Assembly (NCBI GenBank): GCA_046726415.1
Contig: JBKPAK010000261.1
Coordinates: 1-29,289 of the forward strand
Length of the DNA: 29,289 nt
Origin: Candidatus Methylomirabilota bacterium
Lineage (GTDB): Bacteria > Methylomirabilota > Methylomirabilia > Rokubacteriales > CSP1-6
Direction: 5' to 3'
Shown here: positions 21,083 through 29,289 of the stretch, in pieces
How positions within the stretch are numbered: the first letter of the stretch is position 1
Layout: each line of letters opens with the position of its first letter
Position numbers and translations under genes: made by a program
The notes under the pieces: model-generated
What the model saw: the letters and a program-made list of their open reading frames with translations, nothing else
Databases searched by the model: none
What the model was told of the DNA's origin: nothing

Positions 21083-21586
21083 ATGGAAAGACAAACGATG
21101 CAGCGTCTGGCACTGGGAGGAGCAATAGGCGTCGTGCTCGTGGTCGCCAGCGGATCGGCGGCCGCCCCGCCGTCGCAGCCGGTGCACGTCACCAACACGC
21201 CCTTGCCCGTGACCGTCGCCATAGCCGGCGCCCCGGTCAACGCCTTTTCCCGAGTGAGTAGCCCCGCCAATCAGGTCGATAACACCGTCTTCACAATCCC
21301 GGTCGGGAAACGCCTTGTCATCGAGTACGTCTCGGCGAGAGCGACGGTGCCGAGCGGACAGAGGGTATCGGCTATTCACCTCAACATTCCGGTCGTGCAC
21401 TTCCTCGTCGTGGCCGCTCAGGGTACAGACCTCGGCGGCGATAACGTATTTACGGCTGCTCAGAGCCTGCGGACCACGGTTGGTCCCTTTGGCGTGCCGA
21501 TGGGCGTCGTCGTCAGAGCGGACCGGAACGCGTTCGGAACCTCCGCCACGCTCGACGTGACCCTGGCCGGACGGCTGATCGACTAG
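21083..21586 (+). CDS. Secreted hypothetical beta-rich protein
   Basis: Signal peptide; VHVTNTPLPV; FTIPVGKRLVIEYVS; ends TLAGRLID; 167 aa. Confidence 0.75.
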   Translation: MERQTMQRLALGGAIGVVLVVASGSAAAPPSQPVHVTNTPLPVTVAIAGAPVNAFSRVSSPANQVDNTVFTIPVGKRLVIEYVSARATVPSGQRVSAIHLNIPVVHFLVVAAQGTDLGGDNVFTAAQSLRTTVGPFGVPMGVVVRADRNAFGTSATLDVTLAGRLID

Positions 21587-22671
21587 TCGGGCCTCGACAT
21601 CGATTCGACGAGGGTGCTTGTGAGAGTGGCGCCTGACCGCTTTCGAAGTCCATTCGCTCCAGCCGACGCTCGGCAACGTACGCCTTGTCGGTCGTAAGGA
21701 CGTCGAGCGCACCGTCTGGTTTCCCATTGGTCAAACCTGTCGCAACGCTGCCGGGCGCGGCCGAGATCTCAGGCGCGTCCCACGGACCACCGGATCGCGT
21801 TGAGGTGCGTCGGGTCGCCTCCGGTCTGCCGCCACGGACGATCCCAGTCGGACGAGAACGGACGGCCCGGCCACTGGTGTGGTGAACGGCGCAATCCACC
21901 ACCTACGACCAACCTCGCATCCGCGTTCCGATGCGGTATCGTGCCGGATCTTCAGCAGCTGCCGACGCTGGAACAGTCTATGCCCTCCCCCCGAGCATCT
22001 GCGGTCGATGGTAGAGATCGGCCAAAAGCAGAGGTGGTCTGGATGCCCTCGCGGCGTGCGCGCTCCTGCGGTGGCCTCCGTTCGCGAGCGCGAGCGACTA
22101 TGCTCGCCGCGAGGAGGCCGTCTCGATCCCGACGGTGACTATGACGGGATTCAGTTCCTCAGCAGTGCGAAGGACAGCAGGCGCACAACCATGTGCCTAC
22201 CGCGTGGGACCGCCGCGGTCTGGGATCGCCAACCCCACAACAATCCTGCTGACCGTTGCCGGCCCCTCGAATTGCCCTAGCGATTGGCGCCGTCGCCGCG
22301 CGGCGTAAAGACGAGATGAGGATGGCTTCATGGTCTCGGATCCCACCAGTACGTGGCTTGCTCTCATGTGCTTGCTCCGACCGCTGCCCCATCCTGCACG
22401 TAGGGCCGCTGCCCCCAGCGTGGATGCTGGGTCATGACGGGCAACTATACGGTCCCACTGCGACGAGAGACGTCCACCGCGATGGGCGATTCTCGTCGAG
22501 GCTCAGCCCAAACAGGCATTCACACCAGCTTCGGCTTCACCGACCCGTTCACCGGCCGACTCGACGGCGCGGCGGGTGAGTGGGTCCAAGCGAATCCATG
22601 CGACCCGCGGGGCGGGCCAGTGGCGGGTCGGCAGACCCGGCTGGGTCTCGGGCAGCCTCCCTCCAGCCGCA

Positions 22672-22785
22672 CGGCCGATGCAATTAGAGCTATCGCCGAG
22701 ATTTTTCCGGCGAAGTGGCCGACGGCGACGTTACCATCGCCGTTCGCCAGAGCAGGCAGGGCCGCAATGCCGCCCACCACATTCG
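22672..22785 (-). pseudogene. Fragment of N-x-A-x-G repeat (tail fibre/adhesin head-like)
   Basis: NVVGGIAALPALANGDGNVAVGHFAGK / NLGDSSNCI resembles repeats that precede S74 domains. Confidence 0.35.
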
Positions 22786-22910
22786 CCGGTGTCCTCCGTT
22801 GCCCCCGGCGCGCCTAGGCCCCTAGCGCGACATTGTCGCCCCCCATGACGTGGCCCAGGGGGTGCCGCCCCTGCGCAGGGACGCGGAGAGATATTCGCGA
22901 CCCCTACGAT

Positions 22911-23411
22911 TCAATGATGTTTGATCTGCCCTCGAACTTCGCCTGAGGGGTACGTGATCGTGTGGACATTGGCGTACGTCTTGCCGGCCCGGATCGCGCG
23001 CACAACCGCGCCTATTTCTCCTGCCGCGACCGCCTGACTCGGGAGGGCGACCACGTCGGCACCGGTCAATGTCCCAGACAGACTTCCTGGCGACGCTGGG
23101 CATGCTGCCTTGCCCCCGCTGCCGCAGAGGTGGATCACGATCGGGGCCTCCACGCCGACCTGACCCAAGTGGATGTGGGCCTGCAGGACCGTGCCTCCCT
23201 CCAGATCTTCATAGACCAGCACGTAATCGATTCCGGCGTCGTCTGGATGGATACGTACGAAGAACGCCCCGCTCCCGCGCGTCGTGATGACCGGGACCTC
23301 TTCGAGCCCGCTCAACCCGGTCCCGAGGATCTCCGACCATCCTGAGCTGGGGGCGCCCACCGCCGCCACAAGCGCAGCGCCCATAAGGAAGTATCTGGCC
23401 ACCTGCTTCAT
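22911..23411 (-). CDS. CHRD domain-containing secreted protein
   Basis: Signal peptide; LSGLEEVP, QAHIHLG, YANVHT...PSGEVRGQI. Confidence 0.93.
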   Translation of the reverse strand: MKQVARYFLMGAALVAAVGAPSSGWSEILGTGLSGLEEVPVITTRGSGAFFVRIHPDDAGIDYVLVYEDLEGGTVLQAHIHLGQVGVEAPIVIHLCGSGGKAACPASPGSLSGTLTGADVVALPSQAVAAGEIGAVVRAIRAGKTYANVHTITYPSGEVRGQIKHH

Positions 23412-23720
23412 TCCTTTTCCTCCTCTTACGCCATGTGTCACCAAACCTCCGTGACCAAGAACCGCTCGGCGAGAACCCGACCCGCGCCCCGAGGACGGGG
23501 GTGCCCTGACAGCCGGCCCAGACCGCCAGGCCGCCGGCGCGCCGACGGCGCTCCACACATCTGTTCCTGATCCACTCACGCTGATACCGAAGCTCCCCTC
23601 AGGATCGCTGTCCGGGCACAAAGACGGTGGGCTCAGGGACACCGATCCGAGCGACGTCGTCCATTCAGTTCTCGAGGCCATCCAGTTCGTGTCGGCGTGG
23701 CCGCACTAGCGGCTGACCGC

Positions 23721-23924
23721 TCACGTAGCTTCGGGCAACCTCTCCTTCACCGCTCGTGGGCGACGCATGCGCGCCATCCGAGGTGACAGGGTGGGGGAAG
23801 CTCCCACCAGGGGCGTGGGCGGACGGTAGCAGCTGACGTGAATCAGTTGCTGCTTGTCCACGAACGCCACCGCCTCGTCGCGGGGTAAGGGCTGAAGACA
23901 GATGGGACAGTTGACGCCAGCCAT
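23721..23924 (-). CDS. Small Zn-finger protein (CxxC-x19-HxxC)
   Basis: RBS GGAG; MAGVNCPICLQPL...LIHVSCY. Confidence 0.6.
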   Translation of the reverse strand: MAGVNCPICLQPLPRDEAVAFVDKQQLIHVSCYRPPTPLVGASPTLSPRMARMRRPRAVKERLPEAT

Positions 23925-24299
23925 CGTTCGGCTCCGGTGCGAGGGTGCGACCAGGCCCGCCAGTGCTAGAGGGGCCGCCCGATGTTTGCCGCAGCGCGAT
24001 TCCTGGGTCTAAGCTGGCGCGGCTCGCATCGATCCGGGTCCGTCCCGGACCGACGGGTGACCGAGCAAGCTGTATGCCGAACCTTCGCAAGCAGGGAGGG
24101 GGAAGGCGCATGGCTGGAATTGGGGAATTTATTCGGAGTTCGGCGCACCTCACCAGCCCACGATGCGCCTGTGTACATGGCTTTGTAGAAGCTGCAGCCA
24201 GGAGGGCCGTCGCGGCAGATGTGACTCCGCCGGAGCCTGGTTGACCTCCGGCGAGTACACCATCGAGAGATCGTTGGGATACCCCCGCGCCCTATCATC

Positions 24300-24331
24300 A
24301 GGGCGCCCTCTCCTAAGGGCGCCCTCTCCTA
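24300..24331. repeat. Perfect 16-bp tandem repeat with palindromic core
   Basis: AGGGCGCCCTCTCCTA twice; core AGGGCGCCCT is self-complementary. Confidence 0.85.
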
Positions 24332-24467
24332 GGAATGGGAGCACGCGGGCTCGTCTTACGGTCGTGACTTCCACGTCGTGAGTCAAATTGGCCTGTGCAT
24401 GGCAGTCCTGGCCGCGTCCGCTCGCCCTGTTTCACGAAGTATTGCGCGGCGACGCTCCGGCGTGCCC

Positions 24468-25499
24468 TCAGGCAGCACGTCGACGCTTGGCCGTCGGTCG
24501 CGAGGTGCGCCGCTCCTTCGCCTCGCCGGCCCCGGGGAGGTTGGCTACGCGTGGCAGCACTTCGCGCGTGAAGAAGGCGAAGAAGCCTTCCTGATCTGGG
24601 CCGATCTGGTGAACGGCCACGTGATCGAAGCCGGCCTCGAGGCACTTCTCGAGGGCCTGCACGTACGGCTCGGGATCCGGCCCACAGATGATGGTCTTGG
24701 CGACCGCGTCCTCGGTGACCAGCTTGACGGCGGCCTCGAAGTGCTGCGGCGTTGGCAGCTCCCACGAGAGCGCGCTCTCCAGGGCCGCTGTGGGCCAGAT
24801 CCGATGGGCGGTTTTGCGGGCGGTGGCGTCGTCCTTAGCCCAGCAGACCGTGACGCTGCCGTAGCGGGGCTTGCCCCGCCCGCCCGCCGCCTCGAACTGC
24901 CGGACCATTTCGCGGTCGGGGTCTGTACTGATGAGGCCGTCGCCGAGGCGTGCCGCCAGTTCGGCGCTTCGCGGCCCCCCGACGGCCACCAGGAGCGGCG
25001 GCGGCGTGTCGGGCCGCGTGTAGAGCCGGGCGTTCTCGACGGTGTAGTAGCGGCCGTGGTGGCTCTTGTTCCCGCCCTCCCACAGCAGCCGGATGACCTC
25101 GATGGCCTCCGCGAGGCGGAGCTGCCTGATCTCGGTCTCCGGCCAGCCCTGACCGACGATATGCTCGTTGAGGTTCTCACCGGTCCCCACTCCGAGGAAG
25201 AAGCGTCCGGGCAGCATCGTGGCGACTGTGGCCGAGGCGTGAGCGATGACCGCGGGATGGATGCGCATGGTCGGACAGGTCACCCACGTCCCCAGTCGGA
25301 GGGTGGTGGTGACCTGCGAGATGGCGCCGATCACGCTCCACACGAATGGACTCTGTCCCTGCGCATCAATCCACGGATGAAAATGGTCGGAAATCGTCGC
25401 GTACGCGAAGCCGTGCTGCTCCGCCATCCTCGCGTAGCGGATCAGGGCGTTGGCATCGTGCTCTTCACTCGACAGCTGGTACCCGATCTCGAGTGCCAT
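24468..25499 (-). CDS. F420-dependent LLM-class oxidoreductase (G6PDH-related, TIGR03557-like)
   Basis: IGYQLSSEEH, ISDHFHPW...QGQSPFVWS, VTCPTMRIHPA, LGVGTGENLNEH. Confidence 0.93.
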   Translation of the reverse strand: MALEIGYQLSSEEHDANALIRYARMAEQHGFAYATISDHFHPWIDAQGQSPFVWSVIGAISQVTTTLRLGTWVTCPTMRIHPAVIAHASATVATMLPGRFFLGVGTGENLNEHIVGQGWPETEIRQLRLAEAIEVIRLLWEGGNKSHHGRYYTVENARLYTRPDTPPPLLVAVGGPRSAELAARLGDGLISTDPDREMVRQFEAAGGRGKPRYGSVTVCWAKDDATARKTAHRIWPTAALESALSWELPTPQHFEAAVKLVTEDAVAKTIICGPDPEPYVQALEKCLEAGFDHVAVHQIGPDQEGFFAFFTREVLPRVANLPGAGEAKERRTSRPTAKRRRAA

Positions 25500-25613
25500 G
25501 GGCTCCACCTTCACCCTATCGGGGCGGACACTGCGACCTCGCCTGGGCTTGCCGGGACGGAGCCAGACGAGTCTCGCCCCTCGCGGTGCGCTGCCGAGGG
25601 GCGAGTGGCTGGC

Positions 25614-26222
25614 TCACCCGGACTTCTTACCTCTCGTGGCCTTGCGCGCCTGCTTGGCCCGCGCCGCCCCGATGGCGGTCTTGACATCTTTCTTTTCCTC
25701 GGGCGGAGGCAGGACGGCGGGTAGGCCGAGCGACTCGATCCACAGCTCGCGGCACCAGCCGGTTGTGTGGTACAAGTGCTCGTCCTCCTGGTCCTCGACC
25801 TCGCGGTAGGCTTCCTTGAGCGCCTTGGCCTCGGCACCCTTCAACTTCTCCGACACCTGGTGGATGAGCTCCCAATTCAGGTGATCCTTCGTCTCCGCGA
25901 AGACGACGCACTCGGTGGCCACCAGCTCGGCCGCTTCCGGGCTGCCCTTTTCCTTGGCCATCTCCATCGCCTCCACCAGCGACTCGCCGATGTGGCGCAC
26001 GACCTCTCGGCCGGGGGTCTCCTTCCCCGGGTCCAGTCCGAGCTCGTCGAGGACACCCAGGAGAATCTGCTCGTGATTGCGGGTCTGCTCGAGATACTCG
26101 TTCCACTCTTCCTTCAGGTTCTCGTTCACGGCGCACTGCACAGCGGTCTCGTATACTTGCACGCCGCCCTTCTCGGTCTCCAGGGCCTGGTACAGCAGTT
26201 CCGCGACCTGGTCTTTGTTCAT
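25614..26222 (-). CDS. Ferritin-like (DUF892-type) stress protein
   Basis: RBS GGAGG; LLYQALETEKGGVQVY, EQTRNHE, ETKDHLNWEL, EDQEDEHLYH. Confidence 0.88.
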   Translation of the reverse strand: MNKDQVAELLYQALETEKGGVQVYETAVQCAVNENLKEEWNEYLEQTRNHEQILLGVLDELGLDPGKETPGREVVRHIGESLVEAMEMAKEKGSPEAAELVATECVVFAETKDHLNWELIHQVSEKLKGAEAKALKEAYREVEDQEDEHLYHTTGWCRELWIESLGLPAVLPPPEEKKDVKTAIGAARAKQARKATRGKKSG

Positions 26223-26265
26223 TTGCCGTCCTCCCATTCGGGGCTGGTCATGTGCGCATCAGAGG

Positions 26266-26282
26266 AGCAAGCGACATGCCCA
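26266..26282 (-). promoter_or_regulatory. Sigma54 (-24/-12) promoter for ferritin-like/LLM genes
   Basis: TGGGCATGTCGCTTGCT: GG-N10-GC with GGCA and TTGC cores, ~45 bp upstream of ATG. Confidence 0.75.
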
Positions 26283-26600
26283 CGGCCTGGCGCGGCATTG
26301 CCGAGCCTTCCATGTTCGTCTTCACGCGCCCAAGTGGTCCGGGTCCGTACCTGGACGCCTCGCCCGCTTCCGCCGGGGCGGGGATGTCTGGAGCCCTCAC
26401 GGCGATCCCCGCGCATGGCGACCCCCGGCATGCGGCGAGAGGCTTCCAATGGACTTGGTCGCATCTACCGGCACGGAGCGGAGACGACGGACGGCGTGCC
26501 CCGTTTGGGGGCCGCTGGCCACCAAATCCTGGATGGAGCCGCGGCGGCGCCCGCCACCGCGACCCCTGCTCGGCCCAGACCGCGTATCCGCAGCACACGG

Positions 26601-26616
26601 AGGCATTGGGCTTGCA
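26601..26616 (+). promoter_or_regulatory. Sigma54 (-24/-12) promoter for SRPBCC gene
   Basis: AGGCATTGGGCTTGCA: GG-N10-GC, ~37 bp upstream of ATG. Confidence 0.75.
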
Positions 26617-26652
26617 GCCCTTGGAGCAGAAACGAGGAGGGAGGTGTCCACG

Positions 26653-27120
26653 ATGGCGACTATCGAGCAGTCGATTGAAATCGACGTGCCATGCCGTACG
26701 GCATACAATCAATGGACGCAGTTCGAGGAGTTCCCCAAGTTCATGGAAGGCGTGAAGGAAGTCCGACAGCTCGACGACACGCACCTGCTGTGGCGGGCCG
26801 AGATCGCGGGACGGGACAAGGAGTGGGAGGCGGAGATCACCGAGCAGCGGCCTGACGAGCGAATCGCCTGGACGAGCCGGGGCGGCGTCTATAACGCCGG
26901 CGCCGTGACGTTCCACCGGCTGAGCGACTCGCGCTGCAAGACGATGCTGCAGCTCGACTACCAGCCCGAGGGTGCCGTGGAAAACGTGGGCGACGCGCTT
27001 GGCGTTGTGTCGGCGCGCGTCAGGGGTGACCTCCAGCGCTTTAAGGCCTTCATCGAGTCGCGCGGGCGAGAGACGGGCGCCTGGCGGGGTGAAGTCGAGC
27101 CACCCGGCCGGGTCGCCTAG
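26653..27120 (+). CDS. SRPBCC family protein (polyketide cyclase/dehydrase-like)
   Basis: Strong RBS; SIEIDVPCRTAYNQWTQFEEFPKFMEGV...DLQRFKAFIESRGRETGAWRGEV. Confidence 0.95.
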   Translation: MATIEQSIEIDVPCRTAYNQWTQFEEFPKFMEGVKEVRQLDDTHLLWRAEIAGRDKEWEAEITEQRPDERIAWTSRGGVYNAGAVTFHRLSDSRCKTMLQLDYQPEGAVENVGDALGVVSARVRGDLQRFKAFIESRGRETGAWRGEVEPPGRVA

Positions 27121-27862
27121 GCGGTAGGTCAGCGAGCGGCGGCAGCCGGAGCATCGGGGCGAAAGCGGGCGACCGCCGCATCGATCCGCGTGGTCACGAC
27201 TCGCGCTCGCCCTGATGCCCGGGCTTGCACACTGCCAGCGCGCGCGTCCCCCTCAGCGCGCTGAAGATCGGAGTGGCGGTCGTTGCAACAAAGCGGGGCG
27301 TGCCCGCCGCCGCCCCGCCAGCCGCAATGTGCGGGGCGTCCTCCGGCTTGCCACTCGACCCGCCGGAGGCCCTGCGGCTTAAGCGCGGCGCTGCTGATCC
27401 AGGCGGTGAACAATCCAGCCGCTGGAACCAGTACGGGTCGGCATCGTCGACGATGCCAGCATCAACGCCGCGAGCGTGGCGGCGGCGAGTTTTAGTGGCC
27501 CGCGGTCGCCTCGAGAAGGCCAACGACAAGCACCTTTGGCCCCCGAGGTCGCCCATGACGAGCTAAGGCAGTCGCAACGCGCAGGCCCTCCGGCGACTGG
27601 GGCTCAACGTTGGCATGATCATCCTGGGCCAAACCCTCCTGGGCAGTGGGGGTCACCTCGATCGCAGGGCAACTCGTGGCCGCGCCACGGCGTCAGGAAG
27701 AGTATGGGGTGGAGATCGTGGAACGGACCGGTCGACAAAGAGGTGATGATCGAGACGCTGACCTGGCCGATGGAGACACCCGGCTCGGGAGGCGGCGGCG
27801 AGCTGCTGGTCAGATGGAGATCTCAACATGGCTCCGCGCTTGGAGCGGCCTGGAGGGCGACC

Positions 27863-28438
27863 ATGACAGCGTCCAGAGCGGATCGTGACCCGGCGGACCA
27901 AGAGCGCGGCTACCAGGGCACGCGCGGACAGCGAGAGCGTCAGGAAACGGGCTGGCCGGATCCCGCCGGCCTCATGCGTCGCTTCGGAGACGAGATGGAG
28001 CGCCTGTTTGAGCGCTTCGGACGAGTACGCGACTGGCCTTGGGGGCGATTCCAGGAAGGCACATGGGCCCCAGACATCGAGGTGCTCCGCCGTGGCGACC
28101 ACTTTATCCTCCGCGCCGATCTTCCCGGTCTGAAGAAGGAAGACATTACCGTGGAAATCCGCGAGAACGCCGTCACGATCTCAGGCGAGCGCCGACGAGA
28201 TCAGGCAGAAGCACGCGAGGAACCGTACCGAAGTGAGCGCAGGTATGGCAGCTTCCATCGCGTCATCCCATTGCCCGAGGAGGCACAAGCCAACCACGCG
28301 AAGGCGACGTTCAAGGATGGGGTGCTCGAGATCGCGATGCCTGCGGCGCCACGTGGGGTCCCGCGAGGTCGGCGGATCGACATCGAGGACGAGCCTGGGC
28401 CGGATGCCCCGAGGACCAACCCCCGCACCGAGCGATGA
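27863..28438 (+). CDS. Hsp20/alpha-crystallin small heat shock protein
   Basis: RBS GGAGG; WAPDIEV, RADLPGLKKEDI, ERRYGSFHRVIPLP, ATFKDGVLEI, IDIE. Confidence 0.95.
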   Translation: MTASRADRDPADQERGYQGTRGQRERQETGWPDPAGLMRRFGDEMERLFERFGRVRDWPWGRFQEGTWAPDIEVLRRGDHFILRADLPGLKKEDITVEIRENAVTISGERRRDQAEAREEPYRSERRYGSFHRVIPLPEEAQANHAKATFKDGVLEIAMPAAPRGVPRGRRIDIEDEPGPDAPRTNPRTER

Positions 28439-28802
28439 GCTGTCACACGAGGATCGTGGGGCCAGGGGGCTTCAGCGCACTCGTCCGGCCGGCTCAACAT
28501 CGTGAGAGCGAGCGCACCAGGCATCAGGAGAGGGTGGGGAGACCGCCTGGCCACCTGACGGTTAACCTCTGGGCCGAGTATCACTTTGCCCGGTGCGTCA
28601 AAGCGGGCGGGCAACCCCCGAAGGTCGCTGGTGCGGTTCCGGGAGTGGCGTGGTGACCAGCCTCGTGGCGCTGCCACCGAGGCTGGAGGCGCGACCACCT
28701 AGAACCCGTCGTCACGCCGCTCGCCAAACCGTGCCAAGATGACATCTACCCACAGTGCCCTCCGCGATGCTATGGTCTCCATTCTTCCCCGAGGGGGTCC
28801 AC

Positions 28803-29249
28803 ATGCCACGAATGATGCTGGCGATCGCCCTTTTACTTTCAGGTTGCGCCTCGATCATGAACGGCGCCAACCAGAAGGTGCACCTCGACTCCGTGCCTCC
28901 CGGCGCTCACGTCACGATCTTTGCGATCGAGAAGTCCACGGGACAGCCGGAGTCGGCGGGCGCGCCACGACCGACGCCGACGACCGTGGAGTTGAGTCGA
29001 AGCAAAGTTTATCGGTTGCTCTTCAAGGGCGATGGGTTCCCGGAGCGCGAGATCACGCTCGGTCAATCCGTGTCCGGCTGGGTTTGGGGGAACCTCCTCT
29101 TCGGGGGCATCGGCTTCCTGGTCGACATGGGCACGGGCGGGATGTTCAAGCTCGTGCCTGAGCCCGCGGTCATCGACATGGCCTCGGGGAAGATGCCCCG
29201 TGACGCTCGGCTCGACGCGCCCGGCGTCACTGCGGCGACGCCGCGCTAG
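28803..29249 (+). CDS. PEGA-domain-like lipoprotein
   Basis: Lipobox LSGC-ASI; DSVPPGAHV, TPTTVELSR, WVWGNLLFGG..G..VD..TG.MFKL. Confidence 0.8.
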   Translation: MPRMMLAIALLLSGCASIMNGANQKVHLDSVPPGAHVTIFAIEKSTGQPESAGAPRPTPTTVELSRSKVYRLLFKGDGFPEREITLGQSVSGWVWGNLLFGGIGFLVDMGTGGMFKLVPEPAVIDMASGKMPRDARLDAPGVTAATPR

Positions 29250-29289
29250 AACCACTTCGGCGCAGTTTCGCCCGGCGCGGCCGGCTGCC

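Noticed and set aside
21600-22600. Short coding-like stretches (DGALDVLTTDKAYVAERRLERMDF and others)
   Set aside because: No recognisable family, start or consistent frame.
24378-25724. Long antisense or alternate-frame ORFs (also 9855-11084, 14643-15980, 2227-3027)
   Set aside because: Shadow ORFs of high-GC genes: Arg/Pro/Gly-rich with no motifs, overlapping well-supported CDSs.
27130-27800. Possible BON-like or aminotransferase-like remnants between SRPBCC and Hsp20
   Set aside because: Only a few residues of resemblance (VDDASINAA; YGVEIVER); insufficient evidence.
27829-27844. Sigma54-like TGGCTCCGCGCTTGGA upstream of Hsp20
   Set aside because: The -12 element is GG rather than GC, and the implied start site would fall in the RBS.

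Overview
High-GC bacterial accessory region. Several families seen here (ABC_sub_bind tail 'KALGLTIPPSVLRRAD', cyclase-AAA-TPR proteins, small RHH and lipoprotein genes) suggest Rokubacteria/Methylomirabilota; this is an inference. About 15 apparently intact genes are present: membrane class III cyclase, SDR, GT4, an ANL/PaaK-like enzyme, MFS, RHH protein, two lipoproteins, a secreted protein, CHRD protein, small Zn-finger protein, F420-dependent LLM oxidoreductase, ferritin-like DUF892-type protein, SRPBCC and Hsp20. They are embedded in a dense mosaic of about 20 abutting remnants of unrelated genes (mdh, VOC, XDH/IorB, histidine kinase, alpha/beta hydrolase, dienelactone hydrolase, S74 chaperone, cusA, livF, sulfotransferase, RND adaptor, acyl-CoA dehydrogenase, cyclase-AAA-TPR, serine recombinase). 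Mobile-element traces include an IS3 left end, a frameshifted Zn-finger/RepB-type primase/PriL-like replication gene with an SSB-like neighbour, and a tRNA-Phe 3' half (att scar). The right end holds an intact general-stress module with two divergent sigma54 promoters. All calls are from motif recognition by eye; no searches were run.
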